43,257 nt of DNA from Collodictyon triciliatum (lineage: Eukaryota), in the NCBI GenBank assembly GCA_043381765.1, contig JBHJMP010000592.1, positions 1-43,257 on the forward strand. Reading direction: 5' to 3'. The first letter of the stretch is position 1; every line of letters begins with the position of its first letter. A program made the position numbers and the translations under genes. The notes beneath the pieces are model-generated. The model was not told the DNA's origin. It worked only from the letters and a program-made list of their open reading frames with translations, and made no database searches. Below are positions 1-11,328 of the stretch, piece after piece.

Positions 1-97
1 GGTCAGTACTAGATATTTAATTTTTCTTCTTTTCTTCTCTCTTTTTTTTTTTTTTTTTTTGCCAGTATCTCACAGATTTCATTCCATCCTGCAATAG

Positions 98-717
98 TTT
101 TTGAAGAAGAGGAGGACCCAAACACAAAGTCGTTCTTCTCTGAAATCATCTCGTCTATTTCGGACGTGAAGTTTAGCCGTGACGGCCGCTACATCCTGTC
201 ACGAGACTACATGACTCTCAAAATATGGGACGTCAATATGGAATCACGGCCTGTCAAGACCATCCAGATTCATGAAAATCTTCGCAGCAAACTCGGCGAT
301 TTGTACGAGAATGACTTCATATTCGACAAATTCGAGTGCAGCTTCAGCGGTGATGGAAAGTATGCTCGTGCAATCAGTCTAATCCTCCTTTCGCAATTAA
401 TGTCTAATCCGGTGCCTAACAACAATTTTTAACTCAGCTACGTCGTGACGGGCTCATACCACAATCTGTTCCATATTTACGACCGGTCGGGTAAGAGCGA
501 CTGCTGCATCGAGGCCTCCAAGGTTCCTCCCAAAAAGAAGGCAGCAAAGTCTAAGATCAGCCTCGGGCGCTCCAAGAAAGACGTGAAGGCCCGTGACGAG
601 GTGATTAGTGCCGACCAGATGGATTTCAACAAGAAGGCCTTGCACCTTAGCTGGCATCCAACCCAAAACATTGTGGTCGTTGCTGTCTTGAATCACTTAT
701 ATCTGTACAGTGCTTAA
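98..717 (+). CDS. PPP2R2: Protein phosphatase 2A regulatory B55/PR55 subunit (WD40), 3' partial; exons 98-359 and 438-717
   Basis: Spliced translation [52 protein letters not shown]...[13 protein letters not shown]...[13 protein letters not shown]...[13 protein letters not shown] is the characteristic B55 C-terminal sequence. GT-AG intron 360-437 restores frame; ends TAA TAA. The 5' part lies outside the window. Confidence 0.96.
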
Positions 718-1338
718 TAACCCAGTAGCCGCGTAATTAGATCAGAATCATCCTTATCCGATCTCTTCTTCCCAATCGTTGTGGACTGAGATGGACACCC
801 TCGCACTTTAGTGAAAATATCGGCCACATTGAAGACATCCGCCAAAGAAACCCCTCTTTGTTCTATTGTGATTATTTTCCCCCTCGATTATAAGCAGGGA
901 AAATGAATTGTTACTCTTTTTTTTTTCTTAGCTTCGGGCGTGTCCCAATTATTTTTTTCTTCACATTATGCGTGCAAACAACCCGACGCCCGAATAAACT
1001 TGAGATTGTTTTAACTTAGTATATGCTTCGGCAGGCCGCTTGTCTCTCCGCCAGCGTATGTTCCCCTTCAAACCCTATGTACTCTTAATTTCTGTCACAA
1101 TCGAACCATCCTAATACGAGTGGGCGTCATCAGAGCGCTGAGAAATCTCAACATCTGATTCCTAGTTTTCAGTCTCTCGTCCGCATCCATGTTCCTTGTT
1201 TTTGTTTTTTGATTTTTGATTTTTGATTTTTTGTCTTTTTGTTATTTGTTTTTTTTGTTTTTTTGTTTTATTTACTGTGGTGTGGACAGAATCTTCTTAT
1301 CACATGTGAATCAATTCGTTTTCTGAGCAGTCTTCGCC

Positions 1339-2402
1339 ATGGCGCTGTGCGGCTCTGAAAATGAAATTCAAACCTGAACTCAGAGTCAGATTCCATCTGC
1401 CTCGAACCAATACGCCGCAGGATTCTACACAAATGCGCGGCACCCAGCCTTGCCCATCACTCAGACAGCCTTGCACCTCGATGACATCAGTCAATCCCTC
1501 CAGACCCCAAACCTCGATGCCAGCAAATACTTGATGATGGGTATCATGAATACGAAAACCGTGGAGTATGACCTCCACATGACCTTGTATCATAAGATTA
1601 CCGCTGTGAGATACCCGATTGTGGCAAGGATAATGAAAACGGAGATGTATCAAATGTTGGGTATGTCTTTAAGTCTATTGTCGTTGGTGATGTCGCTCGT
1701 TGTCTCTACAGGAATTTACGATGGCGAGACACTTGTGTACATGGGAGTTTTTTTATTGGGATTTGTAGCAGCTTCTTCACAAGCTTCCAAATTGTCATGC
1801 TGTCCAACTCTATCATGCTGCGGCACATGGCCCGGTCATTCGACTTTTGGTACTTTCAGTTTCTCATTTTGAAGGTGTTTGTGACCTCTGGAATTCTTTG
1901 CAACTGGGACATCCTGGAACGAGATTTGGGTGCCCCTATACCAGCTTTTTGCAATTCCACTCATTTGTGACTCTCACTTTATTATCATTTTTCAATGGAT
2001 AAAAAAAAAGGCGACAGAACTTTGTCCTTCGAAACAATGCTGTCCACATCCCCTCTTCTACGTGTATTTTATCCTCTGCCAGCTGTAGGGATTGCCGAAA
2101 ATATTCAATTCGGAAGCCCTTTTATGCCAAGAACACCGGAGGCAGCCCTCCATATTCACCGAGAAGGTTAACAAAAAAAAATAATGTATGTGATAGTAAT
2201 TACCATCCCCTCCTGCCTCCATCCCCCATCATGCTGTTCTCCGGCAAGTGGACTGGTAGCGCTCGGCTACTGGGCAACAAGCTTATTCGGTTCTGCTGGC
2301 TTCATTACTCCTTTGAAATCGTCTGCCAGTCGTCATTTTCCCACCCCGAAGGCCACTTACCACGAGTCCAACGCCGGGCTCTTAAATCCTTCCAAAGTAT
2401 GA
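1339..2402 (+). pseudogene. Possible decayed intronless multi-pass membrane protein gene
   Basis: ATG at 1339 is in frame with ORF 1450-1872 but separated by TGA 1375-1377. Hydrophobic segments continue across frame switches (MLGMSLSLLSLVMSLVVSTG.. / IVMLSNSIMLRHMARSFDFWYFQFLILKVFV / IWVPLYQLFAIPLICDSHFIIIF). No family recognised with confidence. Confidence 0.3.
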
Positions 2403-2768
2403 AGAACACGGCGCTGGTGGTTCCGAAACAAAGCGAAGCGAAAACAAGCAAAAGCGAAGCGAAAACAAGCCTAAACAAAACAGAACAAAATGTTATGGCA
2501 AAACAAAAACGATTACAAAAATTGTAAGTTGGTGTGAAAGAACGAAATAGGAAACAAACGAAACAAAAGAACAAAGGTAGACCCGCGGCGCCGGACGCAA
2601 ACCGAGTGCTGCAACGAACCTTCCAGAACACCAGCCAAGCCAAGCCAAGCCAAGTTGATCGATGGTCAGCCCAGAACTGACTCAAGCAAACCCCATCGAC
2701 CCACAGGCCACGAGTCAAGGGCAGGTCGCGGGCCAAAAGAAGAGCAGAAAGTGCCTGGCGAGCAAACA

Positions 2769-5700
2769 ATGCAGCGCGCCTCGTCGAATCCGCTGCAGCC
2801 ACGGACAGAGTTCAGTCCCGCAGGAAGCATTTCAGCCGCTACCTTTCTGATGCTGGCGGATCACTTTGCCACAAGAATCCCCGACGTTGTATGGTCGATC
2901 CGCGGGTTGGTTCGCCTAGACGTGTTCGGCTCAAAGGTATGTCCCATCGCATTTAAGCTGCCATGTGTGTTGAGCAGCATTCTGGACTCTTCAAACCCTC
3001 CATACTCGGTCGCATAGCCGCATATATCGCACATCAGTATAAGTATCTAATGCTGAATATTGTTTCGCTTCTTCGAATGCCAGTTGACAAAGCTCGAACC
3101 ACACATATCTCAACTTCAAAGGCTGCAAGAATTTCGCCTCAGTGGCAAAGAGGTTCGTTTCATTTCAGCTCATCTGTTCTTTTACAAATTCCCGGTTGTC
3201 AGTGCCCTACTCCACCATCGAACATGGCCGACTTCTAGTGAGGCGGTGTAATATTCGTTTAAAAGAACCCAAAACAATATTTTGCTACCCATGAATGGTC
3301 ATACAGATCACAGATATACCTGAAAGCATGACCATTCTCACTCTTCTACACCAGTTGCGATTTGTAGAAAATCAAGTAATTCATTTACCTTTCCTCTACT
3401 TTTTCAGGCATGTGCTGTTTTTGATTTACTATACCAATACGACATTAAGAAAGCGTAATAATAATAGTAATAATAATATGATTAGATATCACACTTCCCA
3501 TTCTCCTTCGGTGTCTTTTCATTACTAACTTCATTACAGATCAGCAACAACTCGGTGAGATTTCCTAACATTACCACATCTAAAGAGAATAACATTTAAA
3601 AACGAAAATTTCGAATGCAGCTGTCTGTATTTCCTTCTTCCATTTTTGAGCTTACTTCTTTGAAGGAACTACGTATGAATGGAAATATGGTAAGGAAACC
3701 GTACCCGAGAATGATTGAGAGTATATTGCTGGAGTGAAATTCACCATGTCAACTGTGTCACATTCCAAAATATATGTCAGGGTGGTAAAATTAACATCCA
3801 TCACATCACTATGGTGCTCCACCTCGGTCGGCTTCGTGTGTTCAAGATCCCTGATTTGCACCCTGACATATCCAGGCTGATTAACTTACTTACTCTGTCT
3901 GTTGAGTGGAACAAGGTTTATCTAGCAACCCTTATCTCCTTGATATATCCACTGAAGTATTGTTTCTTTATGTATTTTAACTTTTGTTTTCCAATCACGT
4001 TATTACATTTCATGTACTTTAGATTGTTGTGTTACCAGATTCTATAAAGTATCTCACCAATTTGGCCGTGTTGGCTGTCCAAAAAAATTATGTGAGACTC
4101 TGAAATCTTGATAGTTTTATGTTTATATGTTTATTAAAAAATTTTAGCCCACAATTGTGAAGCTGTAAATAAAATTTTTTTATTAGATCGAGTTCCTCCC
4201 AGATAGTATATCCCACCTTACAAATCTGCAAAAGCTAGAGCTATGGCAAAACAGGGTAACCCATTTCATCCAAATCATGTTATGAGATTTTGATTCATGT
4301 GACGTTAAATTTTAACTTTATGTATGCTAACTTTGATAACCATCTCGATATTTTGTAAAGTTGAGTCTGCTGCCAGAGAATTTCGGGAATCTAAAAAACC
4401 TGCGGCACCTCGAATTGTGGTATAATCATGTAATGTAGTTGCATCACTTTTCCGTTAATTACCTTCCAAAAATGATTTTTATACACTCTTTGTATTCACT
4501 GGCCATCGTCATATACTCAAACAAATGTAATATCTGCACTTCACAATCTGCAGTTTTCGTATTTGCCGGGCTCTTTCTCCAGACTCACTAAATTAGAAAG
4601 CATATGGCTCTTCCAAAACAAGGTTGTACCCAATTTTTGCCATGAATAGTCTTATCTGATCAATGAGTCAAAAAAATTATCTATTATAACCGATTCAATT
4701 TTAAGTTTTCTGCACTCCCGGATGTTTTAAAGTATATGCCTCGCATCCGCGTATTGTCCCTGGATAAAAACATGGTTGAAATTATCAAAATTCATGTGAA
4801 TACAAAAGTGCATTAAAAGTGTTGATTCGATTATTTTTCTTTCAATTTCAAATAGATTACGTTTCTGTCCGATGTTCTGTTCCAAATGACGCAACTTCAA
4901 CACCTACGCATACAAGAGAACGCGGTAATTTAGCGAGATTTCCTGGCACTACTCATCCACTTCCCTTCGCATATGCCCAAAATGCATGTGAGAATATCTC
5001 AAAGCAAACACTCCATATTGTACTATTTCTAATTCTTGCCGTTACATCCATTCAGCTCAGCAGTATATCCAGCAATATATCAAAACTCCTACGTCTTCAT
5101 GAGTTAAATATAGGCGAGAATAAGGTGGTGTATTTTTTTGGAATTGTAGGTTTTCTTCTACTATCTTTAACCATTATCTTCATAATATTTTTTATTCACA
5201 GTTATCAGACCTTCCCGCTGAGATGAGTCATTTAGAAAACCTCAACAAATTACACCTCCACAGAAACAAAGTATGCCATAAAATTGGCTGTTTAATATAC
5301 ATATATCATTTCTAACATCCTTATCAGTGTATGCTTTTTCATCTTGTATCAATTTTAAATATAGCTTTCAGAGATACCCTCCTGTATTTGGTGTTTGTCT
5401 AAGCTACAGTCACTCAATATCGGCGAAAATCGTGTATGTTTTGGATTAAAAAGCGCATGGATTAAGTTCAAATCATACTCCTTTATTTTTTTTAAAAAAG
5501 TGTAACGTTAAATTATTACATTTACACTACAGGTGTCAGCTATCCCAGATGAGCTCAGTGCACTCACCGACTTGACAAAAATTGATCTGAATCAAAACGA
5601 TGTATTTTTGCTCTCACATCATCCCGCGAACTTGACATTAGATCATAAAAATAGTGCGCAAGTAAGAAATTCATAGAACATATACATATATAAATAGCTT

Positions 5701-8700
5701 TCAGACCTACCTTGCGGATTTGGCTGCCTGCGCGAACTATCAGAGTTGCTTTTGCATGGAAACCAGGTAAATATTGCACGGATGGTAGAATTACATCTGA
5801 AATACATAATTGCTAATGACGACAAAGAAAAGGAATTAATTAGCAATACCAAACGACATAGTATATTAATATTAAGCCAAACTAATTGCACGGGTCAACA
5901 ATAGCTCGATAATAGGACTAAATTTTATTGTCACTTAACCGCTCATTTCTTTTTTAAAAAAACAACATATTAAATATATATTTGTGTAATGATCTATACA
6001 ACAACCCTAGTTAACCCATGTCCCTGAAAGCCTCAGTGTGCTCACTAATTTGAGTTGCCTGTCTTTAAATGACCAAAAGGTTCCTCCAAATTTTATCTTT
6101 ATACTTGCATGAACATCAATGCACATCAAATATCTTTGGCTCCTTGATTGGAATTTTTGAGAATTGACATAATGTTTATGTATAAATATTCGACACACCT
6201 TGTCTTAAAATAGATAGAAGATTTGCCTGAGTGGATATCAAAACTAGCGAAATTAATGGAACTTGATATCAGCAAAACTCTTGTAATCATATATCCTTAC
6301 GTTGTTGATGTTGTTGATCATGTGCTAGAAATTTTATTAAAAATGCATCTAATCGACATAAATCAGATTGAGACAGCAGTCGCTGGCATCACATCCCTGC
6401 CATGCTATGAGAAGAGTCTTGATCTTACTCTTTTAGACTTGACTGAGCCCACAGCTGTGTATTTTAACGGATATGGAATCCAACGGTTCCAAGATATCAA
6501 AGGAAATCTTGATTTGTACAGGATGATAGATTTGTCTGGAAATAGGGTTTTCATCAAATTTTGTATTCTAATCGGTTGAAAAATGAGCTCCTAGCCTAGT
6601 TTGAACCATATCTTTTCGGTGTTTAACTTTCATATGTAGAGCGTGATGAATATATCTGGATGATGAATAATTTTTCTTTTTCAAAAAAAAAAAGCTTTCA
6701 AGCCTCCCTGAAACCTTCAGCTCTCTTACCAATCTCCAATGCCTCTTCTTGGGTTCTCTATCCGGAGGGAACAAGGTGTGCAACAAGTTCTAGATGAGAT
6801 GCCCTAAGTGTATTGCTGAGCACTTTTCTTTCTAATTCATTCAATTTTCCGTTCCTCGGTTATTCTTTTATATTCTACTTTTTGTCTTCAAATTTCGTAA
6901 AATATTGTTGAAAGTCGCTTTCGTTACTAATGCCCATTAACTATTCAAAATCAGTTTTCTGAGGTTCCCTCTGTTTTAAGCTACATGACTCATCTGAAGT
7001 CACTCCGACTAGACCGAAATCCGGTTAGTGTTAACTTGTTTCGTTCATATTTTTAAAAGTAGCGTGTTTATTTCCCCTGCATCTTTTTCGATATCTTTTC
7101 ACAACAGATTTACATGATTCCCCACTGGATCACACTTCTGTCCTTGCTTTATGATTTGTCAGTAGACCAAACTAAGGTAATCAAATTGGCGTCGATGTTG
7201 GGAGACTTTACTTTTCCTTTTACTTTTTCTTTTCTCTTTCTCTTTCTCTTTCTCTTTCTCTTTCTCTTTCTCTTTCTCTTTCTCTTTCTCTTTCTCTTTC
7301 TCTTTCTCTTTCTCTTTCTCTTTCTCTTTCTCTTTCCCTTTCTCTTTCTTTCTCTTTCCCTTTCCCTTTCCCTTTCCCTTTCCCTTTCCAATGATAAGTT
7401 TTAATAATAGGTAACGACCGCACCGATTGGTTTGAGAAAGTTGAAGTGCTTTGAACACTCTACAACACTGCAATCTTTAAATATGGTCCAGCCAAGAGTC
7501 GGATACGAAATGAAAAAAGGGCACACATTTATTGATAGCGTCCTTGGTGATTACGAAAATCTAGAGGAATTATACCTAAACGAAAACAAAGTTTGTTCAA
7601 GCTTTACACCTCTTCAAAAACTCCTTGATAATTTAAGTGGAAAGAGGTGTCAAGATTAACTGCTTATCTAACCTCCAGATCGTTTTACCAATAGATTGAA
7701 TCAATCCCCGAAGCTCTGGGGAAGTTCCGGGATCTTTCGATTCTCGATATATCTCACAATAATGTACGTAGATTTGTAGTTCCAAGATTACATATTTATA
7801 TAGATATTACGTGACAGCTTGCATTTCGGTTTTAATAATGAGTGATTTTGAAAAAAAAAAATTATTTCTAGATTACTAATCTTCCAGAGTGGATTGGAAT
7901 CTTAAAGAATCTGAAGGAACTAAATTTTTCTTTCAATCAAGTAAAAATGGGTTAATTTATTGGTACTACATCATCATAAATAAATTTTTTTAAAAAAAAA
8001 AGGCACAGCGCAAGACATGCATCATCATTTCCTGACCTTTTTAATATAAAATATAGGTTAGAAAAATCCCTGTTTCAGTGGCTAGTCTCCTATGCCTGGA
8101 GGTTTTGAAATACGAAAGAAATCCAATAGAGTATCCACCACAAAACATTTTGTCTCAAGGAACTGGCAAAGTAGTGGAGTTTATGAAATCTGAAATCCAA
8201 GGTACGGAATATTGGTCTCGAACACGAATCATTGTGATTGGACCCCAAGGATGCGGGAAATCTACTTTAGTTCGGTCATTAAGTCAAACAGGCAAATTCC
8301 AGAGCACATGTGACGAGGAGCAAAGTCCTGTCAACAATGGCATAGATATCCAAACAGTCAATTTTTTAGTTCCTGGATTTGAGACACCTGTTCTTGTTTC
8401 ATTTTGGGACTGTAAGGAGCCTGAATTTCAGGTTGCTCATCCATTTTTCTTTTCCAAAAAGGCACTATTTCTTTTAGTGTGGGACTCAACGTTAGGTTTA
8501 TCGAGCAGTCACTTGAAAGAATGGATATCATTGGTTGCATCAGTAGCCCCAAAAGCCGAGATTATAATTGTAGGAACAAAAACGGATAAACTTGAAATGC
8601 CTGACCAAACCTCTGTTACTCTGGTGGCCAATGTTAGGGGATTATTGATTCCGTTCAGAAGTAATATCCAATTTATTGATTGTGTTCTGGTGAGTAATTC

Positions 8701-10850
8701 GACGGGGAAAAATATCCCCAAGCTCAACGAACTGATTAGATCAACGCTTTCAAGGTTGATGAAAAGTCACCGCACGGTCCTAAAGTCAACCAACGTGCTT
8801 AGGGCTATATGCGACAGTGTCGGGAAAAATAGAGAAAATTCCAGCATGACCTATACGGAATTCTGTGATGTGTGTGAAAGCTTGTCCCCTACACTGGAGC
8901 CAGATAGAATATTACCATTTCTCAACGATTGTGGTGTTGTTGTGTGGAGTGAAAACGAACGCTTTAGAGATGTAATAGTTTGTCATCCTCAATACCTCTT
9001 CAAAGCTTTTTTGCAAGTATTTAACTCCTCGCGAAGTCGACACTCTTCAGGGGCATACAAGAAAGAAGACATTTGTCGACAGTTTGATGTGAATTTTCCA
9101 GGTTCTTCGGACGCACTATTGGAAGTTTTTCGGAGCTTCAGACTATCGTTTCAAACAAGGAACCAAATATATGAAGTCTTTCCCTTCATACTGCCTCCTC
9201 GGCATCCCCCGCAGTCAATATGGCCCTCGAAACCTCCCGTTCAATGTCGCTCGTACACAGCAAGCCGCATAGATCTGAATATGTTCCCTCCTGGTCTGTT
9301 CAGCTTTATCATGACTGAAATGCAGACAATATGCGAGCCTGGGGTGAGCGAGGAACACAAGAGATATAGCGATTTTTATAGTCAAAACTGTTTTGTTGGC
9401 AAGGTGGTGGCAAATCCGTTCGACCCCGACAGTCACAACTGCATGTGCCTTGTGGAAAGTTTCCCAAACGATTGTAGACTTTATGTCTCCGTTCGAGTCT
9501 TGGATGATAGCCCGTCTTCATTCCACCAGTTAAAGATGATTCTCGAAGTGCTGGAGTCCTGCCTTCAAATATACAGCGGTGTGAGAATCACAAACAAATC
9601 CATTATCTGCCCCACCTGCCATATAATCAATCCTGATATTCACAAGTGCGGTGCCATTGATTGGGACAAGTTAAATGCTAGTCAAGAAAATGCCGCAAAC
9701 AGTAACGAAAGAAAAGACCAGAGGTACCATAGCGATTACTTATGCAACCTGGGGCATTCGGCGACTCTATCCGAGCTCAAGTACGGGTTCAAAATAGAAT
9801 CGAGAGCTTTGTTTATAGACACAGTGCTTCCCACAGAGAATCTATTTATTCCAGAGCTGTTTCTTTTCGAACAAGAAAATACCTTGAGCATGCATAACAA
9901 CACTCTTTACATGCATTTGCTGTGTGACCATCCAAGCCAACCCCACAAGACCAGCCACATGGGCTACCCGGTAAGCGAGGTTGTGCTGCGAAAAGATACC
10001 TTCGCCTCCACTCTAGTGGAGGTTTTGAAACCCCGGGCAGACATTTCCAAGGAAATCCACAGCTTGAATATGGACAATGTGGGCCAAGTTGTGGCATTTA
10101 TTCTCAAGAAAGCTGTGGGGACTTTCCAGGCAAATGGCGATGACCGATTCCGAAAAATTCTCTCCACATTAGACCCCAGTGAAGGTTGGAGGCTGCATCT
10201 GAAAGAGATTCAGTTTCCCAACACACAAGTCAGATATTTGTGCCAAGAATGCACGAGGCGGTTCCATTCGACGCGTGATGTGCCTATTGCACGCCCCAAT
10301 ATAGGAGGCTATATATTTATTAAACAGATTTCTCCATCGTCCTCTGCTGATGATTGGAGTATGTGCTACTCTTTGCTTTGGAAGGATGCTCGGCTGTTAA
10401 CTCTGTACACTAATAAGTCTTTCAAGGAAAACGACAAATTGTCATTGTCAGAGAACTTTAAGGTGAAAAAAAATGTACCCAATTTCTTTCCTTTGAGCCT
10501 TTATTTTTTTTTCTTCTTCTTTCTCAAAGTCGTGCAACTCCACATATATTTATGTTGATTGTTTTATTTTGGTTTGGTTTTTCCTTTTTTTTTGTTATAA
10601 ATGCAAGGTTTCCTTGTGGTCAGCTGGCGATGATTCGTATGGATTGGTTTTGAAGATTGGACAGAAGGAGTACGCCATGAGGGTGATTGATTCTTTATTT
10701 GTATACCCTCATTTTTTTTTCTATTTTCATCATTTATGATGGCCACTTTTTATATTACAAGTTTCTGATTTGCCCGACACGACACAGGTCGAGACGATTC
10801 AAGAATTCCGAACTTGGATTCATCACCTTTCATCTCTGCAACTCAAATGA
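2769..10850 (+). CDS. Roco-family protein, LRR array - Roc GTPase - COR - Cys/His motifs - PH; 29 exons, about 1556 aa
   Basis: Exon 2769-2936; 69-nt LRR exons starting 3084, 3307, 3486, 3621, 3847, 4023, 4187, 4361, 4554, 4706, 4856, 5056, 5202, 5365, 5533, 5698, 6011, 6214; exons 6367-6546 and 6695-6775; 69-nt exons at 6955 and 7108; exon 7411-7590; 69-nt exons at 7695 and 7872; exons 8057-10462, 10608-10682, 10788-10850. All are AG/GT bounded, phase 0 and stop-free. Motifs: NPIEYPP..I..QG LRR-Roc linker, P-loop GPQGCGKST, HPFFFSKKALFLLVWD, IIVGTKTD, COR (FLNDCGVVVW..VIVCHPQYL, FPPGLFS), PH terminal helix VETIQEFRTWIHHL. Confidence 0.92.
3084..7940 (+). repeat. Array of single-LRR cassette exons (22 x 69 nt, one 81 nt, two 180-nt island exons)
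   Basis: Each 69-nt exon translates to (L/I/F)xxLPxxIxxLxxLxxLxLxxNx, e.g. IEFLPDSISHLTNLQKLELWQNR (4187-4255) and LSLLPENFGNLKNLRHLELWYNH (4361-4429). Every intron falls at the same register, just after N-x. Confidence 0.93.
7231..7389. repeat. (TTTCTC)n / (TTTCCC)n hexanucleotide microsatellite in a Roco intron
   Basis: Directly visible; source of the spurious poly-ER/KE/FL ORFs at 7114-7473. Confidence 0.95.
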
Positions 10851-11328
10851 TGTTTGCAGATTGACACGACCCACGACAGCATGGAAAAAGAAAAGAAAAC
10901 TGCTTTGTGCCCTGTCTGATTGCTGCGCACCGACCCTGAACGACCCGCCACCCTCTCCATCCTCATATATCGCAAATAAACAAAGCCTCCTATCCTCCCG
11001 CCTGCGCCCAATGCCCCAAACCCGCCCTGCCGCATCCTACCGCATGGCATCAGCCGAGCCAACAAAGAGAAGAAGAGAGGAAACGATTGGAGATGCACGC
11101 AAACCCGAAAGAAAAATGAGTGGCAACCAAACCGGCAGCGCGCGCAACGATCCTCCACCCAAAAACGGCGGCTCAGGAGATAACCACAGAAACCCCCCAA
11201 AAACGAAAAACGAAAAACACAAAAACACAAAGAGAGAAGAGAGAGAAAAAGAAAAGGACAGCGAGCCCTAAACAGCGAGTATCCTGCCCACTCCTTCGGA
11301 AGCCTGCGTCACAGCTGAAGGCCGCCGC

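Noticed and set aside
3169-3237. A 69-nt stop-free segment flanked by CAG and GTGAG inside Roco intron 2, suggestive of a spare or alternative LRR exon
   Set aside because: Its translation LICSFTNSRLSVPYSTIEHGRLL has no LRR pattern and it lies only 16 nt after the previous donor; probably coincidence. I found no convincing silent or inverted LRR exons in the introns.
7114-7473. Poly-ER/KE/KR/FL ORFs (similarly 18651-18854, 23509-23784, 25820-26244, 26591-27099, 41705-42164)
   Set aside because: Translations of microsatellites and homopolymers in introns or intergenic DNA.
3084-7940. CRISPR-like or DGR-like regularly spaced array
   Set aside because: The periodicity is at the protein/exon level only. 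There are no identical DNA repeats, template-variable repeat pair, reverse transcriptase or cas genes, and the context is eukaryotic.
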